A stretch of DNA of 64,000 nt from Pseudomonadota bacterium (GTDB lineage: Bacteria > Pseudomonadota > Gammaproteobacteria > Burkholderiales > JABEVD01). How positions within the stretch are numbered: position 1 is the first letter of the stretch; every line of letters starts with the position of its first letter. Shown here piece by piece: positions 55,296 through 64,000 of this stretch. The notes beneath the pieces were generated by a model. It did not search any database. It was given only the letters and a program-made list of their open reading frames with translations, and was not told the DNA's origin. The position numbers were made by a program, and so were the translations under genes. The stretch covers positions 26,900-90,899 of the forward strand of contig JAJZQY010000002.1 in the NCBI GenBank assembly GCA_021806605.1. Direction: 5' to 3'.

Positions 55296-56303
55296 TCAGG
55301 CCTTGATCAGCTTGTATTTCTTCATGGTCATTCTGACAATGGTGAATGCCGCTCCGAAAACAATCGCCGTGACGCCGATGTCGAAGAATGAGGTCATGGG
55401 CATATGGGCCGAATTGGAGGTGCCTGAAATCCACGTATAGCGCTCCAGCCAAGTCCCAATCATGATGCTTGCAGCAACAGCCAGGATCGAATAGATGCAG
55501 TGCCTGTTGAAGGGAAAAACCAGCATCAGGAACGGAAACACGAACTTCATGGCAAAGAAAGTCCAGAAGAGCCCTCCGTAATTTCCATACTGCATGTGGA
55601 AAATACGCCCTGTTTCGTCAGGCAGATTGCCGTACCAAATGATCAGATATTGGGCGAAGAAGGTGTAAATCCAGAGAATGGTAAATCCCAACATCATTTG
55701 CGCTAAGTAGTTGTATACGTAGTCGCCGATCGGCTTCGAAAGCGCACCCGAGTTGTTCAGGAAATAAATCAGCGTAACCGTGAATGCGAGGAACATGCCG
55801 AAATTACTGACGAAGAAATACATCGCATATATGGAACTTCCCCAGTATGGAGTCAGCGTCATCTCGTAATCCCAGGCGAACATCGTTCCAAAGAGCACGT
55901 AGGCAAATGGAATCAGCAGCGCCACATTACGAAATATGATCTTGCTGTCCGGATCCTTGTCCGCCTTCGCCTGATATTTTATAAAAATTGCGCCCAGAAT
56001 GCCGATGATGATAAAAGCGACAATTTCCCTAATCGCGAGGAAGGTAAGATTATTCCACAACGGCTTCGGTTCGATCGAGGTAACCCATGGAAAAGTAGTC
56101 TTGCCCCCCCAGAGCAGTATCAGCAACAGGATAAATGCAAGCGGATAGAGGGAGAAGAAGGATACGGTTATGAATCTCACATCATAACGCCACTTGGCAT
56201 TCACCAGGTGCAATAAGGCCGCAAGCGTAATACCGCCAAACGCCAAATAAAAAACAATCAGGAAATCCACGGTCAATACAGACCAGCTGGCAAAAGAAAC
56301 CAT
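55296..56303 (-). CDS. actF: Alternative complex III subunit ActF
   Basis: Polytopic membrane protein; WDYEMTLTPYWGSSIY, QYLIIWYGNLPDE, WLERY. Confidence 0.8.
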   Translation of the reverse strand: MVSFASWSVLTVDFLIVFYLAFGGITLAALLHLVNAKWRYDVRFITVSFFSLYPLAFILLLILLWGGKTTFPWVTSIEPKPLWNNLTFLAIREIVAFIIIGILGAIFIKYQAKADKDPDSKIIFRNVALLIPFAYVLFGTMFAWDYEMTLTPYWGSSIYAMYFFVSNFGMFLAFTVTLIYFLNNSGALSKPIGDYVYNYLAQMMLGFTILWIYTFFAQYLIIWYGNLPDETGRIFHMQYGNYGGLFWTFFAMKFVFPFLMLVFPFNRHCIYSILAVAASIMIGTWLERYTWISGTSNSAHMPMTSFFDIGVTAIVFGAAFTIVRMTMKKYKLIKA

Positions 56304-56318
56304 AATTACATTACCCCT

Positions 56319-56900
56319 TTATTGTTTACCGCCCTTGTCCGTATAGTCATAGTGGCCTTTGTCAGCACTGTAATGCGTCTTGAGCCAGTTCTGAGAGTAT
56401 TGCAGCAAACCATGACGGACGAAGTTGACGATATCCCAGCGTTCGTTCGGATACAGATCATTGGCGTAGGAAGGCATCACCGCCCCTCCGAACGTCATGT
56501 AGCCGAAAATGTGTCCTTCGGTCACCTCATGCTGAATGCGATCGGATGTCAGGTCGAAAGGCTGCAATGTCAACTTCATGCCGACGGGGCCGTCACCCTT
56601 GCCTGAATAATTGTGGCAAGGAGTACAAATGACCTCGAACAGTTTCATCCCGTTATGGATCGATTCTGGCGTTGCCGCAACCGGGTTCTTGGTTGCGTCG
56701 GCCTCGTCCATGTCAACAATCCGCGACGAAGTCTTGGTGCTCGGAATGGGTACGGAATGTTCCGGGAAAGGCCGAACACCCATCGGGCCATGCTGCGGCT
56801 TGATGCTAATCTGATCCATCATGTCGGTAGACCACGGCCAAGCCATGGCAACAGATGGAATAAGTGTTGCAATCACCGCGAACCATCGCAACTTTACCAT
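56319..56900 (-). CDS. actE: Alternative complex III monoheme subunit ActE
   Basis: DMMDQ, CTPCH, GDG, MPSY, RWDIVNFVR. Confidence 0.82.
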   Translation of the reverse strand: MVKLRWFAVIATLIPSVAMAWPWSTDMMDQISIKPQHGPMGVRPFPEHSVPIPSTKTSSRIVDMDEADATKNPVAATPESIHNGMKLFEVICTPCHNYSGKGDGPVGMKLTLQPFDLTSDRIQHEVTEGHIFGYMTFGGAVMPSYANDLYPNERWDIVNFVRHGLLQYSQNWLKTHYSADKGHYDYTDKGGKQ

Positions 56901-57425
56901 TTAGTTATCCCCTCCCATGATTTCCAATGGGTTGTGTCTTGTAAACAGATCCTTGATGGCCGGCATTATAGCGTCCTCTGCTTTGATGAGAATGCCGATT
57001 TGATCTTCGGAAACCCGGGCGTTGTACAGCTTGTTTCTTTTCATCGGCAATTTCGCACTGATGAAAAAACCGAGCACCGTCATGTACACCCCCCCAAGAA
57101 TGAAAAATTCATAGGTCAGAACAAAATTTGGCGGGAGCGGGATTACCGGCTTACCTCCTTTTGGCTGCAACAGGAAGGTTGCTTGCGACGAAGCCACAAA
57201 CAAGAAACCCAGAAGCGGCACGAACAATGCGCCAAAGAAGGTGAAGATCCTGACATACACAGGACGCTTTCCGAGCAACTCCTCAATTTCAGGGTGCTCG
57301 ATCGGCGATTTTAGCGTCACGTCATCCAATTTGAATCCCTCAAAATTTGAGGATTTAAGGTCCCGAATTGCCTCGGAGGCCTGATCGAAATCGGAAAACA
57401 ATGCCAGCATATGCGATTTACTCAT
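56901..57425 (-). CDS. actD: Alternative complex III subunit ActD (DUF3341)
   Basis: SPIEH, two TM helices, GGKP...YEFFIL; operon position. Confidence 0.82.
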   Translation of the reverse strand: MSKSHMLALFSDFDQASEAIRDLKSSNFEGFKLDDVTLKSPIEHPEIEELLGKRPVYVRIFTFFGALFVPLLGFLFVASSQATFLLQPKGGKPVIPLPPNFVLTYEFFILGGVYMTVLGFFISAKLPMKRNKLYNARVSEDQIGILIKAEDAIMPAIKDLFTRHNPLEIMGGDN

Positions 57426-58879
57426 GATGCAAGCCCTCCCTCAACTGCCAAATCTGGATTAATCGCGGGATCCCGAGCAGTTGCTACGTTGGTACTTTTA
57501 AAGAATCTACGCTCATGAAGCATTTCCTTTACCTCATACATTGAAACTGAAGGAAATATCTTGCAATACAACATGAAAAGCATGTTGAACCAGCCAAAGC
57601 TGCCGGCAACAATTCCCCATTGGACAAAGCTTGGCCATTGATCGTCGTCCCAGGTCCAGGGATAAATTCCGTGTGCCAAGGTCGGGGAAATAATCATCCA
57701 GCGTTCCAGCCACATCCCGAAATTGATGAAGATAGACATGAAAAGCATTACAGGGATACTCGCCCTTACTCTTTTGAAGGTGAGTGCGAAAGGAAGCACC
57801 GACCCAAGGAAGTTCATCATCCACCACTCGGGGGCAAACGGACCTGTAGCGCGATATATCAAGGCCTGCTTGGCGTACATGTCATTGCCATACCATGTCG
57901 TGGCATATTCGATGAGATTCAGGTAAGTCCATACCATTCCCGCTGCAAAAGTCAATTTTGCGAGCTTTTCGAGAATCGGCATGGTCATGTATTCCTCGAA
58001 TCGGAACGTATATCGAAGGACGATGAAGAGTGTGATAATCACGGCCAGCCCTGAATATATGGCCCCTGCGACGAAGTAGGGAGGGAAGGACGTGATGTGA
58101 TAACCGGGTTGCTGTGATGCAGCAAAATCGGTCGAAACGATGGAATGCACAGAAACAGCAAGGGGCATCAGAAAGCAGGCCAGAGTCAAATAAGTGACGC
58201 GGAAGTTGGCCCATTGCCGATCGGTTCCCATCCAGCCAAGCGACATGAAGGTATATAACTTCTTGCGGATTCCAATGGCATTGTCACGGCAAATAGCCAG
58301 ATCCGGAATCATCCCGATGTAAAGGAACAGGAGCGATGAAGTGAGGTAGGTTCCGATCGCGGTTGCGTCCCAGACCAGAGGAGACTGAAAGTTAGGCCAT
58401 GTCCATCTTTCATTCGGATAGGCCACCACGTAGTAGAACTGCCATATCCTGCCCAAGTGAACCAAGACGAAGAGCGCAGCAGTCAGCAGTGTGAATGTGG
58501 TCATCGCTTCGGAATATCGGTAAATCGGCTTGCGCCAGTCTGCATGCATGATATGCAGAAGGGCTGAAAGCAGCGTTCCGGAGTGCCCCATTCCAATCCA
58601 CCAAATGAATGTCGCAATATAAAGCCCCCACACTTGCGGGTTATTCAGGTTGGCGACGCCCAGGCCAGTTTGATATTGGTAGACCTCGCAAGAGACGCCA
58701 ACCAAGAACAAGGCAAAAGATGCAATGAAAATCACCCAGAATATCGGCCTTGGACGCTCCAAACTGCGCAGTATGTCCTTATTGATTTTTGCCCATGCGA
58801 TATCAGCATTTATATCAAGCGGTTTCGGGACAAATCGCTTCTCTACGGCGACTTCTGTTTCTTCGTATGTATTGACCAT
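57422..58879 (-). CDS. actC: Alternative complex III quinol-binding subunit ActC (NrfD family)
   Basis: WGLYIATFIWWIGMGHSGTLLSA, HLGR, PNFQSPLVWD, SVHSIVS, GMWLERW. Confidence 0.88.
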   Translation of the reverse strand: MVNTYEETEVAVEKRFVPKPLDINADIAWAKINKDILRSLERPRPIFWVIFIASFALFLVGVSCEVYQYQTGLGVANLNNPQVWGLYIATFIWWIGMGHSGTLLSALLHIMHADWRKPIYRYSEAMTTFTLLTAALFVLVHLGRIWQFYYVVAYPNERWTWPNFQSPLVWDATAIGTYLTSSLLFLYIGMIPDLAICRDNAIGIRKKLYTFMSLGWMGTDRQWANFRVTYLTLACFLMPLAVSVHSIVSTDFAASQQPGYHITSFPPYFVAGAIYSGLAVIITLFIVLRYTFRFEEYMTMPILEKLAKLTFAAGMVWTYLNLIEYATTWYGNDMYAKQALIYRATGPFAPEWWMMNFLGSVLPFALTFKRVRASIPVMLFMSIFINFGMWLERWMIISPTLAHGIYPWTWDDDQWPSFVQWGIVAGSFGWFNMLFMLYCKIFPSVSMYEVKEMLHERRFFKSTNVATARDPAINPDLAVEGGLAS

Positions 58880-58946
58880 TACAAAATTCCTTGAAGTAAA
58901 AACATTACCTATAAGAGGAACACAAGCAGTTAACGCGAGATCAATC

Positions 58947-59795
58947 CTATGCTTCCATATCTCTTACTCGCTCCAAGTACATCACTGACGGGAACGGTCT
59001 CAAATCTTCCAATATCCTATATCCACGAACCGAGTTGTCCTTTTCCTGCATGTCTTTGTAAAGATCGACCTGCTGATTCTTCCACATCATTGCAACCTTC
59101 GACTTCGGGTCAACTATATTGCCAAAGGTGATCGCGCTTGTCGGGCAAGCCTGGACGCAGGCAGGCACGACTTCTCCGTCCCTGACGAGACGATATTCCG
59201 TTCTGGCGCGGCTCTTGGCTTCATTCAGTCGCTGAACGCAGAACGTGCACTTTTCCATGATTCCCTTGGTGCGGACTGTCACATCGGGGTTGAGCTGATC
59301 CGGAAGGGGTGCCGGCCAAGCGGTAGAAGGGTAGTTCCAGAAATTGAAGTATCTGACCTTGTAAGGGCAGTTTACCGAGCAGTATCGGGAACCGACACAC
59401 CGGTGATAATTCTGGGAATTCAAGCCGTCGTTGGTATGGCTGGTTGCACCGACAGGACAAACAGTTTCGCAAGGGGCCTCCTCGCATTGCTGGCACATCA
59501 TGGGCAGGAAAGATGCGCCTTGCTCAGGAAACTCGCCCATGTTCTCATCCCAGTAGCGCTCAATCCTGATCCAGTGCATCACATGTCCCTGATTGAAACG
59601 CTTCTTGCCAACCACCGGAAGATTGTTTTCTGCATAGCAGGCTGTCGTGCATGCGTTGCAGCCCGTACAGATGTCAAGGTCCAGCGCCATTGCCCACTTG
59701 TACTCGCTGTACTGCCTATTGAGATCGTATTGACCCTGATAGGGACGCTTTTGCCTGTAGAAAGACCAGTTGTTCAAAAGATTCGTAATCGACAC
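58947..59795 (-). CDS. Alternative complex III Fe-S subunit ActB2
   Basis: CTGCNACTTAC, CQQCEEAPC..VCP, CVGSRYCSVNCPY, EKCTFC..PACVQACP. Confidence 0.88.
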   Translation of the reverse strand: MSITNLLNNWSFYRQKRPYQGQYDLNRQYSEYKWAMALDLDICTGCNACTTACYAENNLPVVGKKRFNQGHVMHWIRIERYWDENMGEFPEQGASFLPMMCQQCEEAPCETVCPVGATSHTNDGLNSQNYHRCVGSRYCSVNCPYKVRYFNFWNYPSTAWPAPLPDQLNPDVTVRTKGIMEKCTFCVQRLNEAKSRARTEYRLVRDGEVVPACVQACPTSAITFGNIVDPKSKVAMMWKNQQVDLYKDMQEKDNSVRGYRILEDLRPFPSVMYLERVRDMEA

Positions 59796-59797
59796 TT

Positions 59798-62014
59798 TTA
59801 AATCTCCTTGGAAAGCTGAGCGACGTCAGCAGGTAACGTCACAACCAGTTTGCGCCCCATTTGCGTACTGACGGGACCTTCATCCTTGACAACAATTTCA
59901 GATTGACCGGTTCTCTTTACAGATACGCGAGTGCCAAACATGGCAAGCTCTCCCGTATTCTTTTCAAATACCGGATTCAGTATCTTAAACGGATTGACGC
60001 CAACGCCTTTCGCAAACCTTCCCAGCGATTCATGTCCTTGTCCAAGCGGAATCGAAATTGCATCGGGATGGATGCCTGGGAAAAGGTAGGCCTTCACCTT
60101 GATTGTGCCGTTCTGAGAGGAAACTTCCAGATAGTCTCCTTCGTGAATTCCCATGCTGGCGGCAGTTTTTGGGTGAATTTCAGCCCACGAATCCCAGACT
60201 ACGGTGGTAAGCGGATCAGGAGATTCCTGCAACCAACCACAGTTTGCGTGTCTGCCGTCTCTGAAATAATGACGTTCGGATGGAATCAGATAGAACGGAA
60301 ATTTTGGATCAGGTGAATTTACCGTCGTCGGAAGGTCGAGCATCTCTGTTGAAAAGTTCTCCGCGATCTGCTGTTGCGGCGCATCGACATGAATCACGCC
60401 ATGACTCAGGGTGTCGTACCAGAAATGCTCGTCAGTATCCGTATATTTGACTGCGGGCTTGATGTTGGTGACCGCCGTTTTCAGATAGGAAAAGAAATTG
60501 GGCCATGCCTTATATTCGTCCGCACGGCGCTGCTTTACGAGATCAAGCATGATATCCCCCATGGAACGGGTATCCGAATAAAGCTTGTCCATGAGCGGCT
60601 GCTGCATGGTGATCTCGACACCCTCGGGCTGATACCAGGCGACATGCGAGCCGAAATCCTCGACTGCAGTATAAATGGGCAACACGAGATCGCACTCTTC
60701 TGCAGTCTCGTCGACCGCATTGACGAAAGCCACCTTGAAAGGCACTTTTCTGAGGTTATCCCTGAATCCCATAAAACTGGGCGTTGTGAATACTGGATTT
60801 GCGCCATAGATAAAGACAGCCTTGTACGTTCCAGCGCCCATTCCATCATTCATTGCCTTCAAGGATGCGAAGCTTCCTGTTGCAGGCGCGAGTTGCGGGA
60901 AAGGTGATTGCGCTTGACCATCAACAGTTTTCCCCACATTGCCGAGTATTCTATTGAGGATCTGGATCGCTGCCGCATTCTGAACGCCATGAACATGTCC
61001 TTCGACGGATGCGCCAGAAATGACGAGACTCGGCGACTTCTCCCAAAGCAACCCCGCCAAATGGCCAATCAAATCCGAGCGCACGCTCGTAATGCTGCTG
61101 ACTGTGTCGAGATCGTACTTGCCAACGAGGTTGACGATATCCGCAGGTACGGTTTTGGAAAAATCGTCGTGCTTGAGAAGCTGATTAGCCACACCCAGCG
61201 CAAGCACGCCTTCCGTCCCTGGGATGATCGGGATCCAGCGATCGGCATTTGCGCCGGTCATGGTCATTTTGGGTTCGATCTGGATAAGCGTTCCGCGCGG
61301 TGCCTTCCTGAATTTCGCATATTCCTTCGCAAAATGAACCGGGGATGCGCCGGTTCCGAGAAAATCACTTCCGAACGAAAGTATAAGCTTCGCCTTGTCG
61401 AAATGTAGCCTCGGCATGTCAACGCCGTAAATTTGCTTGTTTGCGGCAAAACTGACTGCTGGGGAAAGTGCTTCGTAAACAAAATGGTTTTTGGAACCCA
61501 GGCTATCCAGGTAGTTCTGTACCAGCACCTTGAGATGGCCGCTCATGGCGCCAGTCATGAATGCAAATTCATTGCCGTTTATGCCGCTTTTGGGCCCTGT
61601 CTTCTCTTCGAGCAATGCCATCGCTTTATCCCAACTGACAGGCTGGAGGCTATCTCCTACCCGCATCATCGGCTGAGTCAAGCGATCGGGGTTATACTGA
61701 ACCTGGACTGCAGCCTGTCCCAGCCCGCAAATTTTTCCACCGCTGATCTTCGACTCTGGGTTGCCTTCCATCTTGAGCACACGCCCTTCGCGGACGCGCC
61801 CCATGACACCGCATGCAGAGCCACATTGAGTGCAGGTTGATGCATAGAAAACACTGAGACCTGGCACCACAAAATCTTCGGGGTGAACGTTCGGCATAAT
61901 GATCTCGTCACCTGATCGAATGTCTGTGTTTCCGCATCCCGTGAGCGCAAGGGTGCTTCCGCCCAGCCCAAGCACCTTCAGAAAATCCCTGCGATTAATG
62001 CCACTATCACTCAT
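59798..62014 (-). CDS. Alternative complex III subunit ActB1 (molybdopterin-oxidoreductase fold, Tat lipoprotein)
   Basis: NRRDFLK...LTGC, CTQCGSACG, EGNP..CGLGQ, YNPDR, DGRHANCGWLQESPDP. Confidence 0.85.
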   Translation of the reverse strand: MSDSGINRRDFLKVLGLGGSTLALTGCGNTDIRSGDEIIMPNVHPEDFVVPGLSVFYASTCTQCGSACGVMGRVREGRVLKMEGNPESKISGGKICGLGQAAVQVQYNPDRLTQPMMRVGDSLQPVSWDKAMALLEEKTGPKSGINGNEFAFMTGAMSGHLKVLVQNYLDSLGSKNHFVYEALSPAVSFAANKQIYGVDMPRLHFDKAKLILSFGSDFLGTGASPVHFAKEYAKFRKAPRGTLIQIEPKMTMTGANADRWIPIIPGTEGVLALGVANQLLKHDDFSKTVPADIVNLVGKYDLDTVSSITSVRSDLIGHLAGLLWEKSPSLVISGASVEGHVHGVQNAAAIQILNRILGNVGKTVDGQAQSPFPQLAPATGSFASLKAMNDGMGAGTYKAVFIYGANPVFTTPSFMGFRDNLRKVPFKVAFVNAVDETAEECDLVLPIYTAVEDFGSHVAWYQPEGVEITMQQPLMDKLYSDTRSMGDIMLDLVKQRRADEYKAWPNFFSYLKTAVTNIKPAVKYTDTDEHFWYDTLSHGVIHVDAPQQQIAENFSTEMLDLPTTVNSPDPKFPFYLIPSERHYFRDGRHANCGWLQESPDPLTTVVWDSWAEIHPKTAASMGIHEGDYLEVSSQNGTIKVKAYLFPGIHPDAISIPLGQGHESLGRFAKGVGVNPFKILNPVFEKNTGELAMFGTRVSVKRTGQSEIVVKDEGPVSTQMGRKLVVTLPADVAQLSKEI

Positions 62015-62077
62015 AACTAAATCTTCCCATAGCTAATTTTCGGGTGGAAATACGTCCGCGATTGATACCGCAAACCC

Positions 62078-62686
62078 TTATTTGTGACACTGCCAGCATT
62101 CTCCCGGGCCGTGGCTTGTTTTCATGTTCGTATCGCTTTCCTTGTGGTCCTTCTGGTGACAGCTGATGCACCAACCCATAGACAGCGCCTTGACGCGCCT
62201 GTCGACGGTCATGTTGGCAACGTCGCCATGACAATACCCGCACACCTCGCGCACCGGCCTGTTTTGCCTGAAATAGAAGCGCTGTATATGGCGTTCGTGG
62301 TTGAATCTGACGTAATCCGGAAGGTCATTGACTTTTTTCCAAGGAATGGGCTGCTTCTTGTCCCAATATTCGAACAGCTTCTTGATTCTGGGCTTGTTCC
62401 TGACCGATTCGATGTTTTGATGGCACCCGATGCATTTGTCGATCCTTGGAATCACCGACACATATCCCCGCCTTGCACCGGTGTGACAGTACATGCAGTT
62501 GATTCCCATGTCGCGCGCATGCCTGTAATGGGGAAACTCGATGGGTTGCTTGACTACCGGCCCCAACGCATTATAGCCATCGGGAGTCTGCGACCCGATG
62601 GGGCCTCCCTGCACGAAAGGTTCCGCACCAGCAGCAGTTCCAAAAAGGAAAGCAAAACACAGCGTCGCCAGCAAACGATGGATCAT
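62078..62686 (-). CDS. actA: Alternative complex III pentaheme cytochrome ActA
   Basis: QPIEFPH, CMYCH, CIGCH, FNHERH, CGYCH, MGWCISCH, CWQCH. Confidence 0.88.
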   Translation of the reverse strand: MIHRLLATLCFAFLFGTAAGAEPFVQGGPIGSQTPDGYNALGPVVKQPIEFPHYRHARDMGINCMYCHTGARRGYVSVIPRIDKCIGCHQNIESVRNKPRIKKLFEYWDKKQPIPWKKVNDLPDYVRFNHERHIQRFYFRQNRPVREVCGYCHGDVANMTVDRRVKALSMGWCISCHQKDHKESDTNMKTSHGPGECWQCHK

Positions 62687-62820
62687 GTTTCCCGTCCTAA
62701 GAGTATTAAAGCAAGTCATAAAATGATATCCATTGAATTTGACCATTCGAAATTCAGCCTACACCGATCACCCCACCCAGCAAGGCATGCAGCCTTACGC
62801 CTCACCACCGATAGCAAAAC

Positions 62821-62839
62821 GATAATGATAATGATACTT
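62821..62839. promoter_or_regulatory. Fur-box-like sequence in the act leader
   Basis: GATAATGATAATGATACTT, 15/19 to GATAATGATAATCATTATC. Confidence 0.45.
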
Positions 62840-62882
62840 AAAAGCGGGCGCTACGAAATATTCCCCCATCGAGGAAAGCACT

Positions 62883-63020
62883 TTACCTCGCAGCATTGAC
62901 AACTACTGTTGAAATATTCTGGTATTGCGAAAAAATGGCGGGAAGGAAATGCCGACCTGCACAAGACAGGCATCGAATTTCCTGGGCAACATGAACGTTG
63001 CTTCTAGACTTGACCTTCAT
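62883..63020 (-). CDS. Putative 45-aa upstream ORF with CxxC
   Basis: RBS GAGGAGGGAG; MKVKSRSNVHVAQEIRCLSCAGRHFLPAIFSQYQNISTVVVNAAR. Confidence 0.4.
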   Translation of the reverse strand: MKVKSRSNVHVAQEIRCLSCAGRHFLPAIFSQYQNISTVVVNAAR

Positions 63021-63098
63021 GCTCCCTCCTCATTAAACCTACCTTGATTATTATCGCCGAATAGCCATCGACCCGGCTCTATCAGCATATTTTTCCAA

Positions 63099-63128
63099 AG
63101 TATAACTATGGGATAGTTTTCGGGTCAA
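63099..63128 (-). promoter_or_regulatory. Sigma70 promoter with a palindrome in the spacer
   Basis: TTGACC-N18-TATACT; AACTAT-CCC-ATAGTT between the -35 and -10 boxes. Confidence 0.6.
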
Positions 63129-63192
63129 GCGTTAGTTCTCTTAATTTTATCTGTTTTAGCGATAAGCAGAGTAACTTTAGTTTCCCAAGCTA

Positions 63193-63732
63193 TTAAGTGT
63201 CATGTTGCTCGAGTTGAGGCTCTATGTTTTGCAGTGGCGGCAAATCGGATATTGATCTCAAATTGAGATCATCCAGGAACCTCGATGTCGTTGCATAAAG
63301 CGAAGGCTTGCCGGGCACATCGCGATGCCCGATCACCTCTATCCAGCACCTCGATTCGAACATTTTCAGAATCTGTGTGGAAACCGCAACCCCCCGGATT
63401 TCCTCGATATCCCCCCTCGTGACAGGCTGTTTGTAGGCGATGATGGCAAGCGTTTCAAGCGCCGCCCTGGAATAGCGCTGCGGCTTTTTAGGGTCAAGGC
63501 GATCGAGAAATTTTTGCATTTCCGGTCTCGTCCTGAAACGCCAGCCGCTTGACACCTCGACAAGCTCGAGACCCGATCCCGCCCACTTGCAACGCAGCTC
63601 AGAAAGCATATTTTCGATATCACGAGGCGCCAATTCGCCTTCGAACAGCTTGGCCATTTCAATAATGGGAATGGCGTCTTCAGTTGTCAGCAACGCGGCT
63701 TCGAGAACGATCCCGGCTTCGTCAGAATTCAT
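63193..63732 (-). CDS. scpB: SMC-Scp complex subunit ScpB
   Basis: [44 protein letters not shown]. Confidence 0.95.
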   Translation of the reverse strand: MNSDEAGIVLEAALLTTEDAIPIIEMAKLFEGELAPRDIENMLSELRCKWAGSGLELVEVSSGWRFRTRPEMQKFLDRLDPKKPQRYSRAALETLAIIAYKQPVTRGDIEEIRGVAVSTQILKMFESRCWIEVIGHRDVPGKPSLYATTSRFLDDLNLRSISDLPPLQNIEPQLEQHDT

Positions 63733-64000
63733 TGTTCGCCTTCACATAGATCGTCCCGAAAACATCAGTCTGAACAATCGAAACCAAACTTTCGCGCGCG
63801 AGTTCGAGCAGTGCAAGGAATGTCACGATGAGAATGGCAAGCCCTGCGCCAGCTTCGAACAATTCGACGAACTCGGCAGCGTTCCGCCCTTGCAGTTTTT
63901 TCAGAATTCTCGCCATGTGCTCACGGATGGAGAGTTCCTCGCGTTCCACCTTGTGCGAATTCATCATTCTCACCCGAGAAGCAACGCTCATCCAGGCCCG
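63722..64000 (-). CDS. scpA: Segregation/condensation protein ScpA, C-terminal part
   Basis: [26 protein letters not shown]...FGTIYV; overlaps the scpB start. Confidence 0.9.
   Translation of the reverse strand, partial: RAWMSVASRVRMMNSHKVEREELSIREHMARILKKLQGRNAAEFVELFEAGAGLAILIVTFLALLELARESLVSIVQTDVFGTIYVKANNEF

Noticed and set aside
62715-62842. Ile/Val/Leu-rich attenuator-like peptide (LSIIIIIVLL) on the minus strand
   Set aside because: In-frame stop just upstream, no start codon, and no amino-acid biosynthesis genes; explained by the GATAAT repeats

Overview
A 64-kb chromosomal window from a GC-rich betaproteobacterium. The gene content suggests a Nitrosomonadales/Gallionellaceae-like iron/sulfur lithotroph, which is an inference. 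The window spans the replication terminus: a canonical 28-bp dif site lies at 10758-10785, and KOPS polarity largely flips across it. Most of the window is housekeeping: typA, a DEAD-box helicase, surE-pcm-nlpD, smpB-ratA-rnfH, uup, tRNA-Arg, mutS, rpoS, acnA, the yceD-rpmF-plsX-fab-pabC-mltG-tmk-holB-pilZ-tatD cluster, pyrG-kdsA-eno-ftsB, a B12 riboswitch with btuB-btuF, and scpAB. The best novelty candidate is a sulfur module at 41.6-46.7 kb. It has a YeiE/FinR-type LysR gene divergent from three genes: a Tat-exported Acidithiobacillus Tsd-like protein, an orphan ModA-like binding protein, and a five-heme fusion of an ADH/GADH-type triheme cytochrome with a TsdA thiosulfate dehydrogenase domain. 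Other points of interest are a complete alternative complex III operon (actA-B1-B2-C-D-E-F) with a long leader containing a CxxC uORF, and an unannotated sigma54-driven 33-aa small-protein gene. There is also a probable dif-spanning inversion that split nlpD from rpoS, and a MITE-like remnant. All family assignments come from motif recognition and recall; no searches were run.
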